From the IMG/VR virus record IMGVR_UViG_3300012933_000135: DNA of 50,204 bases. One strand, given 5' to 3'. A program made the position numbers and the translations under genes. Each line of letters starts with the position of its first letter. Position 1 is the first letter of the stretch. Below, piece by piece: positions 29,001-36,500 of the stretch. This DNA comes from an uncultured virus (IMG/VR IMGVR_UViG_3300012933_000135) (Duplodnaviria > Heunggongvirae > Uroviricota > Caudoviricetes). The notes under the pieces are model-generated. The model was not told the origin of the DNA and did no database searches. It was given only the letters and a program-made list of their open reading frames with translations.

Positions 29001-31512
29001 AGCAATTAAGCCGTTAGACACTGATTACGATACTGCTATTAGTGGCGGAGATTTAGCTTATTCATCAGCTACAGGCCTTGCTGCTGATGATATTATCTTA
29101 GACGGTGACGATTTTGTTACTGCTACATCTAGTGATGCGCCAGAAGAAGTAGTTCCAGGACAAATCACTGATGCAGTTGCAATCAAAGTATTCTATCGTC
29201 CAACGAGTGGATCTGCTAATATCAAAGTTGATAATCATATTGCTGACGGTCAAACTGCTGAATTTAGTTTTTCACAAGCATTGAACAGCTCTCAAGCGTT
29301 GTTGGTTAAAGTCGATGGCGATGTATTAAGCGCAACTGACTATGTGTTGAATTATAATCTACGTACTATTACGCTAAACGACACTCCGCTAGTTGACGAA
29401 TATGTTTCTATCTTTAGTTTCGGATTTAACGGACAAAATGTTTTAGACATTGATTACTTTGTAGGTAACAGTGCTACTGCTGAATTTATCACTAAAGCAC
29501 CTTGGATTGAATTAGTATCAGCAGCAGTTTATATCAACGGTGTTGCAGTAAACTATGAATTATTTAGAACTGATAGTTCGTATGATCAGTCTAACGTAAT
29601 AGGAATTAGATTTGGAACTGCACCGTTAACTACTGACGTTATTAACTATGTGATAGTTGCCGGTGACGATCATGCGTTCTCAACTATTACAACTGAGACA
29701 CTAGTACCATTAGCTAATAAGACAACATTTACTCTAACAAATCAAGTTGGAACTTCTACCCCACTTGAATCTAGTATGATTGTTAGAATTGACCAAGCAA
29801 TTATTCCAGCGGCAAACAACTCGTATTTCAACATTGTACGTAATAAACTTAATTATACAGTTGATCAAGTAAAAATGTTGCCATATGCTCTTGATATTAG
29901 TAACGTAGCAGTCTACGCAGACAATGTATTATTAAACACTGGTCTTGACTATAGTGTTGATCTGTCTGGAATTACAGTTACAATTAACAAGCAAATCTAC
30001 TCAACTTACAAAGGAAAAGTATTAACCGTTAGCATCAACACTGACCAAGCGTATACCTGTACAGGTAGTGAAATTATTTTTGCTCAAGCTCCGGCAGTAG
30101 GACAGTTGGTAGAAGTAACATCGGCATTTAAACATGACGTGTTAGATATTCAACGCACTAATTCTGCAATAGTTGCAAACTTAAATTATACCGTTGACAC
30201 TCCGGAGTTCTATGCATACACTGGACTAACAAGCGGATTAATTCCGTTAGATCGTCCTGTTATTAACTCTTCATATGTTTGGGTTACTAAAAATACACAG
30301 CTACTAACTCCTAGCATTGATTACAAACTAACTAAAAACAAGCAAAGTATCTTGTTAGACATTGAGCCAGTTGAAGGCGATAAATTTGAAATTATCACGT
30401 TTAGCAGCAATGTTCAGTCAGATACAATTAGCTACATGCAGTTTAAAGATATGCTAAACAGAACGCACTTTAAGCGTTTGAGTTTAAACAAACAAACTAC
30501 TCTAGCTAGAAAACTTCGTTACAATGATACTGATATTTTATTAGCTGATGCAAGTAATTTTGATGAGCCAAACCCGTCTCGTAACTTACCAGGCGTAATT
30601 GAAATCAACGGCGAGCGCATTGAGTACTTTGTAAAGAACGGCAATATGCTAAGTCAGTTGCGTCGTGGTACATTAGGTACAGGCACTCCTCGAGTTAACC
30701 CGCTAGGCACATCTGTACAAGATATTGGTCCATCAGAAACTATTCCTTATAAGGATACTATTAGCATTACACAAGTTGCTTCTACAGGTTCAAACTTAAT
30801 CGGTACTGATTTTACTCCGTTAAAATCTAGCACTCCTATATCAGTTGATGCAGATTTTGTAACAAGTATTCCTGCTAATTACGGTCAAGCTGATAACGTT
30901 GAAGTATTTGTTGGCGGATATGCAATTGATCAAGTATGGGCTACTGGAATTGCATACACAACCGGTACAATAGTTAATGTTGGTAGTTACTTATATCGTT
31001 GTGTTGCCGACCATACATCGACTGTATTCTCAGCAGATTCTGCTAACTGGATGTTCTTTGTTGGAAATATTAGACTGAAGAAACATGCATTTAAAGTGCA
31101 TAATGTAAATCAGCATCCTGATAGTCCCGAAGGTGATATTCAAATGGATCCTGACTTTACAGTTGACGGTGTGTCTAACAGTATCCGATTAACTAATGCA
31201 CTTGACGCAGGCACCACAGTTACTATTGTTAAGCGAGTTGGAAAAATGTGGACTGATATTACATTTAATCCTGTTGCAGTAACATTTGATACCGAATCGT
31301 TGATACTAGATAGCGGTCAAACTACAGTTGACATCAAGTATTCAAATACGTTACAAGACGGCAATAAACAAGTTGCAGAATTCTTAAAAGCAACACCGGG
31401 AATATGGCATTCTACTGTAAATCGTCCTGTTGTAGGTGACGGAATTGCAGACTTTGACGCAGAAGATTTAACATTTGATACGGTAAATACTACATACGAC
31501 AAGGATCTATGA
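17065..31512 (+). CDS. Giant (4815 aa) virion/baseplate structural protein, gp7/VrlC-like position, multi-domain
   Basis: Follows the gp6-like gene; FLPRFYRTD..KKFL N-terminus; IQEVKPYRTK motif; CBM5/12-like W-x4-Y-x2-G-x2-V-x-Y repeats, FG-GAP-like repeats, GxGY-x2-P repeats, Ig-like V-x-x-NG repeats. Confidence 0.7.
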   Translation: MADNTNPTNNGISSFLPRFYRTDSNKKFLQATIEQLVKPGKVKKINGYLGRRNAKASTGDDTFVAGVNSTRENYQLEPSININDELGNTTFFKDYQDYINQLGVFGADVSNHARLNKQEFYSWNPHIDWDKFVNFQQYYWLPYGPSAITIYGQQRAITSTYTVKWESALGSKEFLFTPNGITRNPSLKLYRGQEYHFEIDSPGEPFSIKTSRSSGNLDRYSAHQSVDQFAVENGTITFTVPDDAPDVLFYVSENDINLGGVFQILDIKENTAIDVSTDLLGKKTYTLPTGLSLSNGMKVRFGGNVTPAEYATGDYYVEGVGTTIKLVAESDLELIYPYTDELPVLFDDTTFDSLPFGSATAFAGNLDYIVINRASKDKNPWSRYNRWFHQDVINASAAYNGSIASLDQTARAVRPIIEFEADLKLFNFGLEASHDVDLIDDYTSDIFSTIEGTSGYNVDGVQLAEGQRILFIADTDSLVNNKTYRVSFITVQNSITGTRDRQLHLVLDDEPILNRVAVVKQGTKYQGSMFWFNGTNWQIAQNKLTLNQPPLFDIVNNDGVSFGDSSTYDGTTFTGTTLFSYKVGTGTVDSNLGFPLSYKNINNTGDIVFNFNIITDTFQYKDVEKIINVSTSVGYLVKSLGNNQVEYKNGWEISTIDSEYQPAVRIYKNSSKVNTFDLDIFDNKTDLADLQVRVYVNGIRLASSDWILVDGAVYKKLVLSTDIALTDVLTIKAFAKQSINSNGFYEIPVNLQNNPLNNTMGDFTLGEVIDHVNSIVDNSAAFTGTFPGSNNLRDLGNLSARGTKFVQHSGPLSLALYHITSPDNNIIKAIETARDNYGQFKRNFIAVSQSLGIDTATKTFVDLILQEMNKDKPSKSAYYFSDMIPYGAVKVNTFTVIDYRILTYPLSETFDLNYLSNKAVGVYLTHNNETTQLLYGRDYEFDSQGFVRILAAMANDDSITVYEYDNTDGCFVAPTPTKLGIWPKFEPKIYIDTSLITPRKMIQGHDGSQVLAYSDIGEPNDYRDELLLELEKRIYNNIKVTYDPSIFDMLDIIPGYNRTTDYSLAEFNQVLAPNFYNWTTFIDRDFTKPMSFDKSNSLTFNYRGQQAPDGREVPGYWRGVYRWMLDTDRPNLCPWEMLGYSEEPAWWVEVYGPAPYTCDNIVMWNDLSEGITREPGKPIQRNPKFVRPFLTTAIPVDESGNLRSPMTSNFASGLITGTVSNDFVFGDVSPIEAAWRRSSYYAFSVLTTALLLKPAKTFGVLFDRSRIVRNLTGQLIYKDTGLRVRPEDIALPNIYASETRTQTAGVINYLVDYILGDNLKSYDQYVYDLGNIKFNLSYRVSGFTSKEKFNLLLDSKSPTAVGGVFVPQENYNVVLNSSSPVKKITYSGVIITKLSDGFEVKGYSKTQPYFKYYAWTQSGATINVGGISESYVLWSANQRYSVGKVVRYSNLFFRTTITHTSTETFNAEAFQRLPALPVSGGQDATFRKRWDRTEAIVVPFGTKFRTIQEVVDFLTGYGEWLKDQGFVFDDFNNSLAQITNWETSAKEFLFWTTQNWSSGEDKWEEWLAETPVVYGSIVRYNGDYYRATRNSPASTIFEETDFVKLEGLSTVGSSVISLSPSANKITIKTEYTVVDDILNQFNGYEIFKVDGTKLEPAFVDSFRDVNTVAYTPKTTDGIYGATFFLVQREQVVILDNTTLFNDTIYNPESGYRQERIKTSSYVSTDWYGGFDVPGFIFDQAKIQEWNSWTDYALGDIVKYKEFYYSANYAITGTAEFVASDWVKLDSKPSARLIPNWSYKASQFEDFYSLDSGNFDIGQQKVAQHLIGYQKRQYLSNIIKDDVSEFKFYQGMIIEKGTQNSLNKLFDVLSADGEESLKFFEEWAVCVGQYGATAAFEEIEFILDESKFTNNPQGFELVQSVDSTSLDFIIRQTPNDVYLKPLGYNSNPWPMTSKNTSILRTAGYVRNEDVKLLLDNIDDIVNESPIDFTVGDYVWCAFEGREWNIYRYSVAPFKVTNLTYSNSTITVTTDEQVRLSVGSFVSIVRATGATGFYKIKTVSLNSFTVSATLTTPPANPFTEQSTVEVFFLETQRVKTNIDDANDVIPTRPKNGEKIWSDNLTDDQWAVWEYNTVYTGSEFSNSFPADDIAYGRSVAMNTGATFSMVSTNNAVVTYDKVPNATVWLQRQTIFAPFICQTEDLQAQQFGYFAEAMAIAASKWVAIGSPNASAASTLANSYTIGEIAVTDITGTSSGFVKQGVVTLYTKDSSNVLIIDSTIVSPNSASNEQFGSSLVFGSNELFVAAVGYNSGEGCVYRFVFNDGWKFASIISESLQANAQFGYAIALSEEGTLVISAPGANSVFVYAKNEDGEYELATSPLTATDNRFGESVAVTTDGNFIAVGSKLFDGVNIDQGQVVVYDRTFAVHQQITSPKPEIAEFFGSKVLFSNNDNTLVIFSANGDSYKETTFNVDGITTFDNNSMRVIEPLVDSGRVDVFDRYNTKWVYSETLGLDTDPITGEFSVRNGDAYGASIAVGLNTILVGSPYTTDAGLNSGKVFGYTKPVDALTWKVIRTAVAKPDITKIKKAFLYNKTTNNLVTYLDVLDPVQGKIPGIADQEIKFKTFFDPAVYSVGTDEVIVDNGQAWTTEKVGMLWWDQRRAKFIDSYGGDVVYRNTTWNTMFETASIDIYEWIETTYLPEAWNALADTEAGLTSGISGTSLYGNNVYSVKKRYDTVSQTFKNTYFYWVKNKKIIPNVASRQMSASDVSNLIANPKGQGYKYIALTGSNSFSLVNVKPLLENADVVLAIQYWTVDNTQQNIHSEWRLVSEDINSDLPKSIELKWFDSLCGKDEQNRVIPDLDLPPKLRYGAQFRPRQSMFVNRFEALKQFVERANSTLLSNQIVNSRDITDLNSFDLEPSIVTGLYDTVVDTDAELRFASVSTVKLATVTPVVTNGYITGVEIVEPGNGYLTAPYITVHGNGEGAVVRAVINARGQITGIDIINKGYGYDDSTVFLVRNYSVLVHSDEQALGRWSIYAYDPINKVWSRTQSQSYDTRKYWTYVDWYAPGLSQFTVVDHAVDTISDIVNISVNIGQLVKVRTSGSAGWSLLKKYANSDSVDWTQSYNVVGSQNGTIQLSDSLYKFSNTTLGYDGALFDGDAFDNTAVTELRIILNSLKTKIFIDTLKQTYLDLFFACLRYAFTEQNYIDWAFKTSFVRVQHNVGALRQKVTYNNDNLVDFESYIQEVKPYRTKIREYVSEYTAIDNSRLSVTDFDVQPIREAGQTTTMTLLNVDGDIQSTHPEILQYPWKHWLDNVGFEITEIVITNNGSGYLTPPTIRFEGGYGTGATAKAFISSGRLNRILLLTPGTNFLAAPKIIVDGGLAVDGVPATAIAKIGNSVVRSNLIKMKFDRVSKTYFITELEETATFAGTGSQLQFVLKWAPDVRIGTSAVTINGVDGLRDSYVLATAKSTAKGYTSYYGTITFKTAPAKGTSIVVSYIKDWALLNAADRINFYYDPTTGQLGKDLSQLMTGVDYGGTIITGLDFNVSAGWDSLPYFSDAWDSIDPTFDDYIIKAGLNSNEFTLPYIPGVGEEINVYHNGIRLDDLAFGTPEQTNLNATMQTFIGDGINSTVVLPSIAVTRSADGTQSSASTVLTLSSVAGIQVGSLLLAPDVVPANTTVTAVTGNLVSITSTGEISGTTLTMPGLTDNYVGMRVTGNTVLPNTYIVSVTPGVSSTIETQIVEVSGTAINAVTFLGQVVATSAAGDTAADIVIKIAADNSAIMAAWNASNPTQEIENIEIDFENGPIQGAGSTTLRIVYRPSEGDVPVLSTSISNGITFAESVALTEGVSGAVSTAQLSISQTVGSSSLTFLPIVEISNPLQGEVINGYELFFGDTIQYTLGVQPVDSTKIAVSSAFNVTVGDAVYSPNKLLTTTAILTGTTVTAVDLVANTVTLSAPISSAIADSVKLSFGYNKLFFRKSTSDGAIKPLDTDYDTAISGGDLAYSSATGLAADDIILDGDDFVTATSSDAPEEVVPGQITDAVAIKVFYRPTSGSANIKVDNHIADGQTAEFSFSQALNSSQALLVKVDGDVLSATDYVLNYNLRTITLNDTPLVDEYVSIFSFGFNGQNVLDIDYFVGNSATAEFITKAPWIELVSAAVYINGVAVNYELFRTDSSYDQSNVIGIRFGTAPLTTDVINYVIVAGDDHAFSTITTETLVPLANKTTFTLTNQVGTSTPLESSMIVRIDQAIIPAANNSYFNIVRNKLNYTVDQVKMLPYALDISNVAVYADNVLLNTGLDYSVDLSGITVTINKQIYSTYKGKVLTVSINTDQAYTCTGSEIIFAQAPAVGQLVEVTSAFKHDVLDIQRTNSAIVANLNYTVDTPEFYAYTGLTSGLIPLDRPVINSSYVWVTKNTQLLTPSIDYKLTKNKQSILLDIEPVEGDKFEIITFSSNVQSDTISYMQFKDMLNRTHFKRLSLNKQTTLARKLRYNDTDILLADASNFDEPNPSRNLPGVIEINGERIEYFVKNGNMLSQLRRGTLGTGTPRVNPLGTSVQDIGPSETIPYKDTISITQVASTGSNLIGTDFTPLKSSTPISVDADFVTSIPANYGQADNVEVFVGGYAIDQVWATGIAYTTGTIVNVGSYLYRCVADHTSTVFSADSANWMFFVGNIRLKKHAFKVHNVNQHPDSPEGDIQMDPDFTVDGVSNSIRLTNALDAGTTVTIVKRVGKMWTDITFNPVAVTFDTESLILDSGQTTVDIKYSNTLQDGNKQVAEFLKATPGIWHSTVNRPVVGDGIADFDAEDLTFDTVNTTYDKDL

Positions 31513-31513
31513 C

Positions 31514-32146
31514 ATGACAAAGCAAGTAATTAACGTAGGCTCCGCCGTCAATGACGGTACAGGAGACTCGTTACGGTCCGGCGCACAAAAAATTAATGAT
31601 AATTTCACCGAGCTTTATGCTTCGTTAAACGTATTTCCAACAGCATCCGCTACAACAGCGGGTGTTGTTAAAGTTGGTAGTAACTTAACAATCACAAACG
31701 GTGTTCTTGCGGCCGTGCCGGGCGCATACAATTTACCAACTGCTACTTCTTCGGTGCTAGGCGGTATCAAAGTAGGAAGTAGGCTAACTATCACAAACGG
31801 TGTATTGAGCGCTGATTTACAGACCTACACACTTCCAACAGCTTCTGCTACCGTAACCGGCGGTGTCAAAGTTGACGGAACAACTATTACTATATCAAAC
31901 GGTGTTATTAGTGCAACAGGTAGTGGAAATTCTAGTGTAACAACCGGGCCAACCCCGCCAGACACTCCAGCTTTAGGAGATCTATGGTATGATTCAAATA
32001 GCGGTAGGACTTATATCTATTACGACAGTAATTGGATCGATGCAAATCCCCCTGCTGCTGAAAGTATCAGTTTAGCAATGTTAAAATCTGTAGTAGCAGC
32101 AAGCGAAAGTTTTACAGATCTACAAATAAGAATAGCGGCGCTATAA
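31514..32146 (+). CDS. Short fibre / baseplate connector-like protein with three internal repeats
   Basis: N-terminal KQVINVGSAVNDGTGDSLRSGAQKINDNFTELY (gp9/gp10-type motif); C-terminal P.LGDLWYDS..GRTYIYY...WID. Confidence 0.65.
   Translation: MTKQVINVGSAVNDGTGDSLRSGAQKINDNFTELYASLNVFPTASATTAGVVKVGSNLTITNGVLAAVPGAYNLPTATSSVLGGIKVGSRLTITNGVLSADLQTYTLPTASATVTGGVKVDGTTITISNGVISATGSGNSSVTTGPTPPDTPALGDLWYDSNSGRTYIYYDSNWIDANPPAAESISLAMLKSVVAASESFTDLQIRIAAL
31635..31915 (+). repeat. Three tandem ~32-aa coding repeats (L/F)PTA...G(G/V)(I/V)KV...TI(T/S)NGV
   Basis: Visible in the protein and in DNA (atcacaaacggtgt near 31691 and 31790, tcaaacggtgtt near 31895). Confidence 0.8.
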
Positions 32147-32191
32147 TTCAACAGCGAATTATACCAAACATATAAACAAGGACAAAGAGCG

Positions 32192-33490
32192 ATGGCAATA
32201 TTAAATTTTCCAGATAACCCACAAGCAGACGACCAGTACACTGGTGATAACGGAACAACATATACATACGACGGTGTTAAGTGGGTTGGACGTGCAGCTG
32301 GCGGTGCAGCGGGTACAAACAGTTTACAAAACGGTAGTTACACTGTACAGGTAGATGTAGACGGACACTTAGTATTGCCAATAGGTTCAATTATTAAAGA
32401 CACAAACGGAGATCCAGTTGGCGTTGCTAGCGACATATTAACTAACGGTTCTAACCAAGTTGTACTTGAAGCAGATGGTAGTATTACGTTCCCAACAAAG
32501 ACATTTAAAAATTGGCAAGACATTAACGAAACTGGGTCTACACTACAGCTAGGAAACAATCCAGCAAGCCAAGTATTAATTACTGGGCCAGAACCGACTA
32601 ACACATATAGTAGTGCTCAACGTCTAGTTATCCAAGGCCAACAAGGCTACGGTGGCGAAAACAATAGCAAAGGTGAAGGCGGCGACGTTTATATCTGGGC
32701 AGGCTCTGGCGGCGATCCTGGTTCTATTGACCCAAGAGGCGATGGTGGTGATGTTAAACTACGCGGTGGACTAGGTGGCAATAACGGCGGATACGTTCGT
32801 ATAGAATCAGGCGATGCTCAGGCAGACAACGGTTATGGTGGTTTCTTAGATCTCAACGCTGGCAACGGTGGTGCTACAGGCGGCACTGGTGGCAATGTTA
32901 ATATTAACGCCGGCGGAGGAAACTCAGTTGGCGGTAATGTTAATATTAGTGCTGGACAAGGAGATAATAGCACTGGCGGCGACGTTTACATCAATGCTGG
33001 CTACGGCCCAACTAGTGGCGGCAAGGTTGCAATAGAAACCGGCAATGGCTATTGGCAATTCAAACCCGACGGCTCATTTGCTATTAACGGTAACGAAGTA
33101 CACATTGCTACTAATAATTGGGGCATATCAGTAGGCGGTGGAACAGGAGCAACTGGCGTGGTATACACAGCTAAACAAAATAATCTAGCTAGTATTAGGG
33201 TTCACGCTACTATTGAAGGCATCGAAGACGGTGATGCTACTGGACTCCACACCCAAGCATGTGACATAATGATTGTTAGACGAGTAGCAATAGGTGGCGC
33301 TGTTACAGTTGACGCTGTAGTATATGGTGTTATCTATACAGGAGCAGCACCATTAGCCACACTAGACGCACAGTGGAATCCAGGAACTGGTGGCGAGACT
33401 GGTCGTATTGAAATTACAGCAACACCAACAAGCGCAACTGAAAACGTCTATGTAAAAGTATATGCTACAGAAGTAGCTCGCGGCGATTAA
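32192..33490 (+). CDS. Gly-rich tail fibre/spike-like protein
   Basis: LNFPDNP...Y...GTTYTYDGVKW N-terminus; ~8 GG(D/N)V-x-(I/L)-x-(A/G)G repeats consistent with a beta-helix. Confidence 0.6.
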   Translation: MAILNFPDNPQADDQYTGDNGTTYTYDGVKWVGRAAGGAAGTNSLQNGSYTVQVDVDGHLVLPIGSIIKDTNGDPVGVASDILTNGSNQVVLEADGSITFPTKTFKNWQDINETGSTLQLGNNPASQVLITGPEPTNTYSSAQRLVIQGQQGYGGENNSKGEGGDVYIWAGSGGDPGSIDPRGDGGDVKLRGGLGGNNGGYVRIESGDAQADNGYGGFLDLNAGNGGATGGTGGNVNINAGGGNSVGGNVNISAGQGDNSTGGDVYINAGYGPTSGGKVAIETGNGYWQFKPDGSFAINGNEVHIATNNWGISVGGGTGATGVVYTAKQNNLASIRVHATIEGIEDGDATGLHTQACDIMIVRRVAIGGAVTVDAVVYGVIYTGAAPLATLDAQWNPGTGGETGRIEITATPTSATENVYVKVYATEVARGD

Positions 33491-33506
33491 TAAGGAATAA
33501 TATAAC

Positions 33507-36500
33507 ATGGCAAAAAAAGCATTTGAAATTCAAGGCAGCGACCTAAAATTAGGCGGTGTTAGTTTACAAGCAGGTACTAACGGTGTTGTTATTCCTGGTG
33601 TTACACAAGCGGCAAACTTTCGTGTAGAAGAAGTAGAAGATACGGACGATCAAACGTATCAATTTACACCTAATAGTGAAGTTGTGGTAATCGATGCGGC
33701 ATTATATGCCACTATCATTGCTGACGGTAATGTAACTACATTTGCTAATTTTGAAGCATACACTGACGATGATGGTTACATTGATGACCTTGACGTATTA
33801 GGACAAGGCACATATACTCAGCAACAAGCCAATACAGCTAAAGACAACGACATGTATGCTTATGTTGGATCAGCTAGTGCTAGTGACCGTCCTATAGTCC
33901 CGGAAGATTGGATTACTATTCCGTTCCGTCCTAAGATGAGAGCAGGCGAAATTGAAAACGTAGGCGGCGGAAGTGGCGACACAGGTGATGTTACATTCTC
34001 AAACAATGTAGTAGAAGGATATAATGGTGGCGAAGGTTTAGGACTAAGCCCAGGCCCAACATTCACTGATGGTAGTGTTTCAGCAGAAGAAGGCCCAGAC
34101 CTTGGCCCACAATACTTTAAAGTAACAGGCGGCGACACTTGGGAACACTTGCACTTTAAGACTACTGACAGTGAAAAGTTTGACCTTTACATCGGCGATG
34201 ACAACAAATATTTTAAACTGAGCAAAGACGGTCCAGCAGTTATTGGCACTGAAGCTTCTACCGAACCATACGATAGACATAGCTGGACATTTGGCACAGA
34301 CGGCAGTTTAACATTCCCAGACGGTAGTGTACAAACATCAGCTGGCAGTCTTGCTCCAGAACTAACAAAAGCTAACGGTAACATACTGGCTAACACAAAC
34401 ATTGAGTTAGGCGAAAGTGTTGGCGGCAGATTGTTTATAGTTGACAGCGATGGCGGTGATGATGTACATCAATACTTTCATACTGTAGTAGGCGATGTGG
34501 ATGGTGGATTGTTTGCTGGCGGAAGTAACAGCAATGGCCCGGAGTATATTTGGGCATTTAACTCTGATGGCACAGTTAGATGGAAAGTCGGCATTGATGA
34601 CTTTAACGGATATAATGTAAGACCAAGAACCATGGTTACGTCTGGTGACAACTTAGTTGTAGGTGTTACTTTTAGTGACAACAACGAAGATTCACAAATT
34701 GGTACAATAACACTAGCACAATCAGACGGAACATTTGTTAGTTCTTCTAACTATACAACCAACACTACCAGCTGGCGAGAAATAACAGACTTGGCTATAG
34801 ATGACACAGATGGGCATATCCTAGTGGGTCAAACATACGGTGAAAATGTTCCTATAAACGATGTTACTCCTAATAGACAACCTTGGGGTAGCAACGATGG
34901 TATCTTGACTGTTGCTAACAGTGTTTTTGCGACCCCGCTGTTACCATGGGGAGACATGATTGAAGTTCAAATTGACCCAGAAGATGCCAACAGTTGGACG
35001 CAACCAAGCGCAATTAACAGATTTAGTAACTTAGCAGTAACCACAGTAACTGGTACAGGCGGTCCACAATATTATGAAGGTGGTAATACTGACTATGCTG
35101 ACGGACAATTACAATTAGTAGTTGGCGGCACTGGAACAACATGGACACTACGTCTTGACGCAACTTGGGTCAACGGCACTGCTCAAACGCACCTACTAGC
35201 GCAAAATGGTACATATCAATTTACAATCGCTCCGGGTGATTATGTAGTTTCACAACTTACCCCTTGGACAGATGTCGGTGGCGGCATATTTGAAGCTAGT
35301 ATTAGTGTAGAAGATTCTCTAGCAGACGGTACTGGTAATATCAACTCAATAATTATCAACAAGAGTGTAATGGCTGTTGAGTTGTACTATGTTCCAGAAG
35401 GTCAGTCTAACGGGGTCGGTCCAGGACAAATTTGGAACTATGGTATAAACTTTTCAGGACAAGGGTATGCTAGCGGCGATGTTGTAAAAGTACTAGGTAG
35501 TCAGATGGGCGGTGTTGACACTATTTCATTATCTGGTACAACATGGACTGCTTCTAATAATAGTGCATCATTCTTAATTGCTGATTATCCAGGATTTTCA
35601 GTGGTACAAAATGGATGGCGAATGAGTGGTCCTGGCATTAATGGCTGGGCAACATTAAGTGAAGTACAAAATACTGGTGCTACATGGAGATTTGATGTGC
35701 CGCAAGGCATTGTCTTAGAAGAAGGACAACAATACTCTATCGACAACAACGGTAACGATATTACTCTAACACTAGGCGACTACGGCGCCGGCCCTTATAT
35801 CAACTTTACAGACGGTAGAGTTTCAGAACAAGTGGCAGCAACTACTCGCTTGATTATGCCTACAGGTGTTGACTACCGTGGCGCACCATCAGGTCCGGCA
35901 TTCACAAACGGTGTCGAATACTCAACCAATGCTGGGTTATACACAGACTTTGCTAACGGAACATCTGGTTCACTTATGTTAACCTACGCACTTTGGTCTG
36001 ATACGGCAGCGAGAGATGCTATGTTGGCTCTAGGAACAGGTGATGTGTTAATTGTTTCGATTAATTCAGGTAGTGAGCCAACCTCGCGAACATTTACATT
36101 TACTAACGAATGGGCTGAAACTTTTCCAGGCATTTGGCAAATAGATTATACCACAACTGTGTCAGAAAGTTCAGGTTGGCCGGTACTATCAGCAATAATT
36201 CCAGATGGTATTACCTTTACAGGCACTTGGGACTTGCGTCGATCATTAGACAGTCAAGCATTCATTATAACTCCTAGTTGGCAACATACATATGGCGGTA
36301 ATGGTTATCAAATTTTCAATTCTGTAACATACGATAGTTTTGACAACAGCGTTTACGCACACGGTTCATTTAACAACAACAACACCGAGTTAGCTGTGTT
36401 TAAGTTTGATTATGCTACTGGCGACATTACATGGGTCAAGTATGTTGAAGACACTGAAGGATCTGGTGATGATGCTAGCTCTATTATAGCTGACGGCACA

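Noticed and set aside
17065..31512. Stop-codon reassignment, introns or inteins
   Set aside because: Genes are full length and tightly packed in the standard code; no intein C/S...HN splice motifs or LAGLIDADG blocks noticed.
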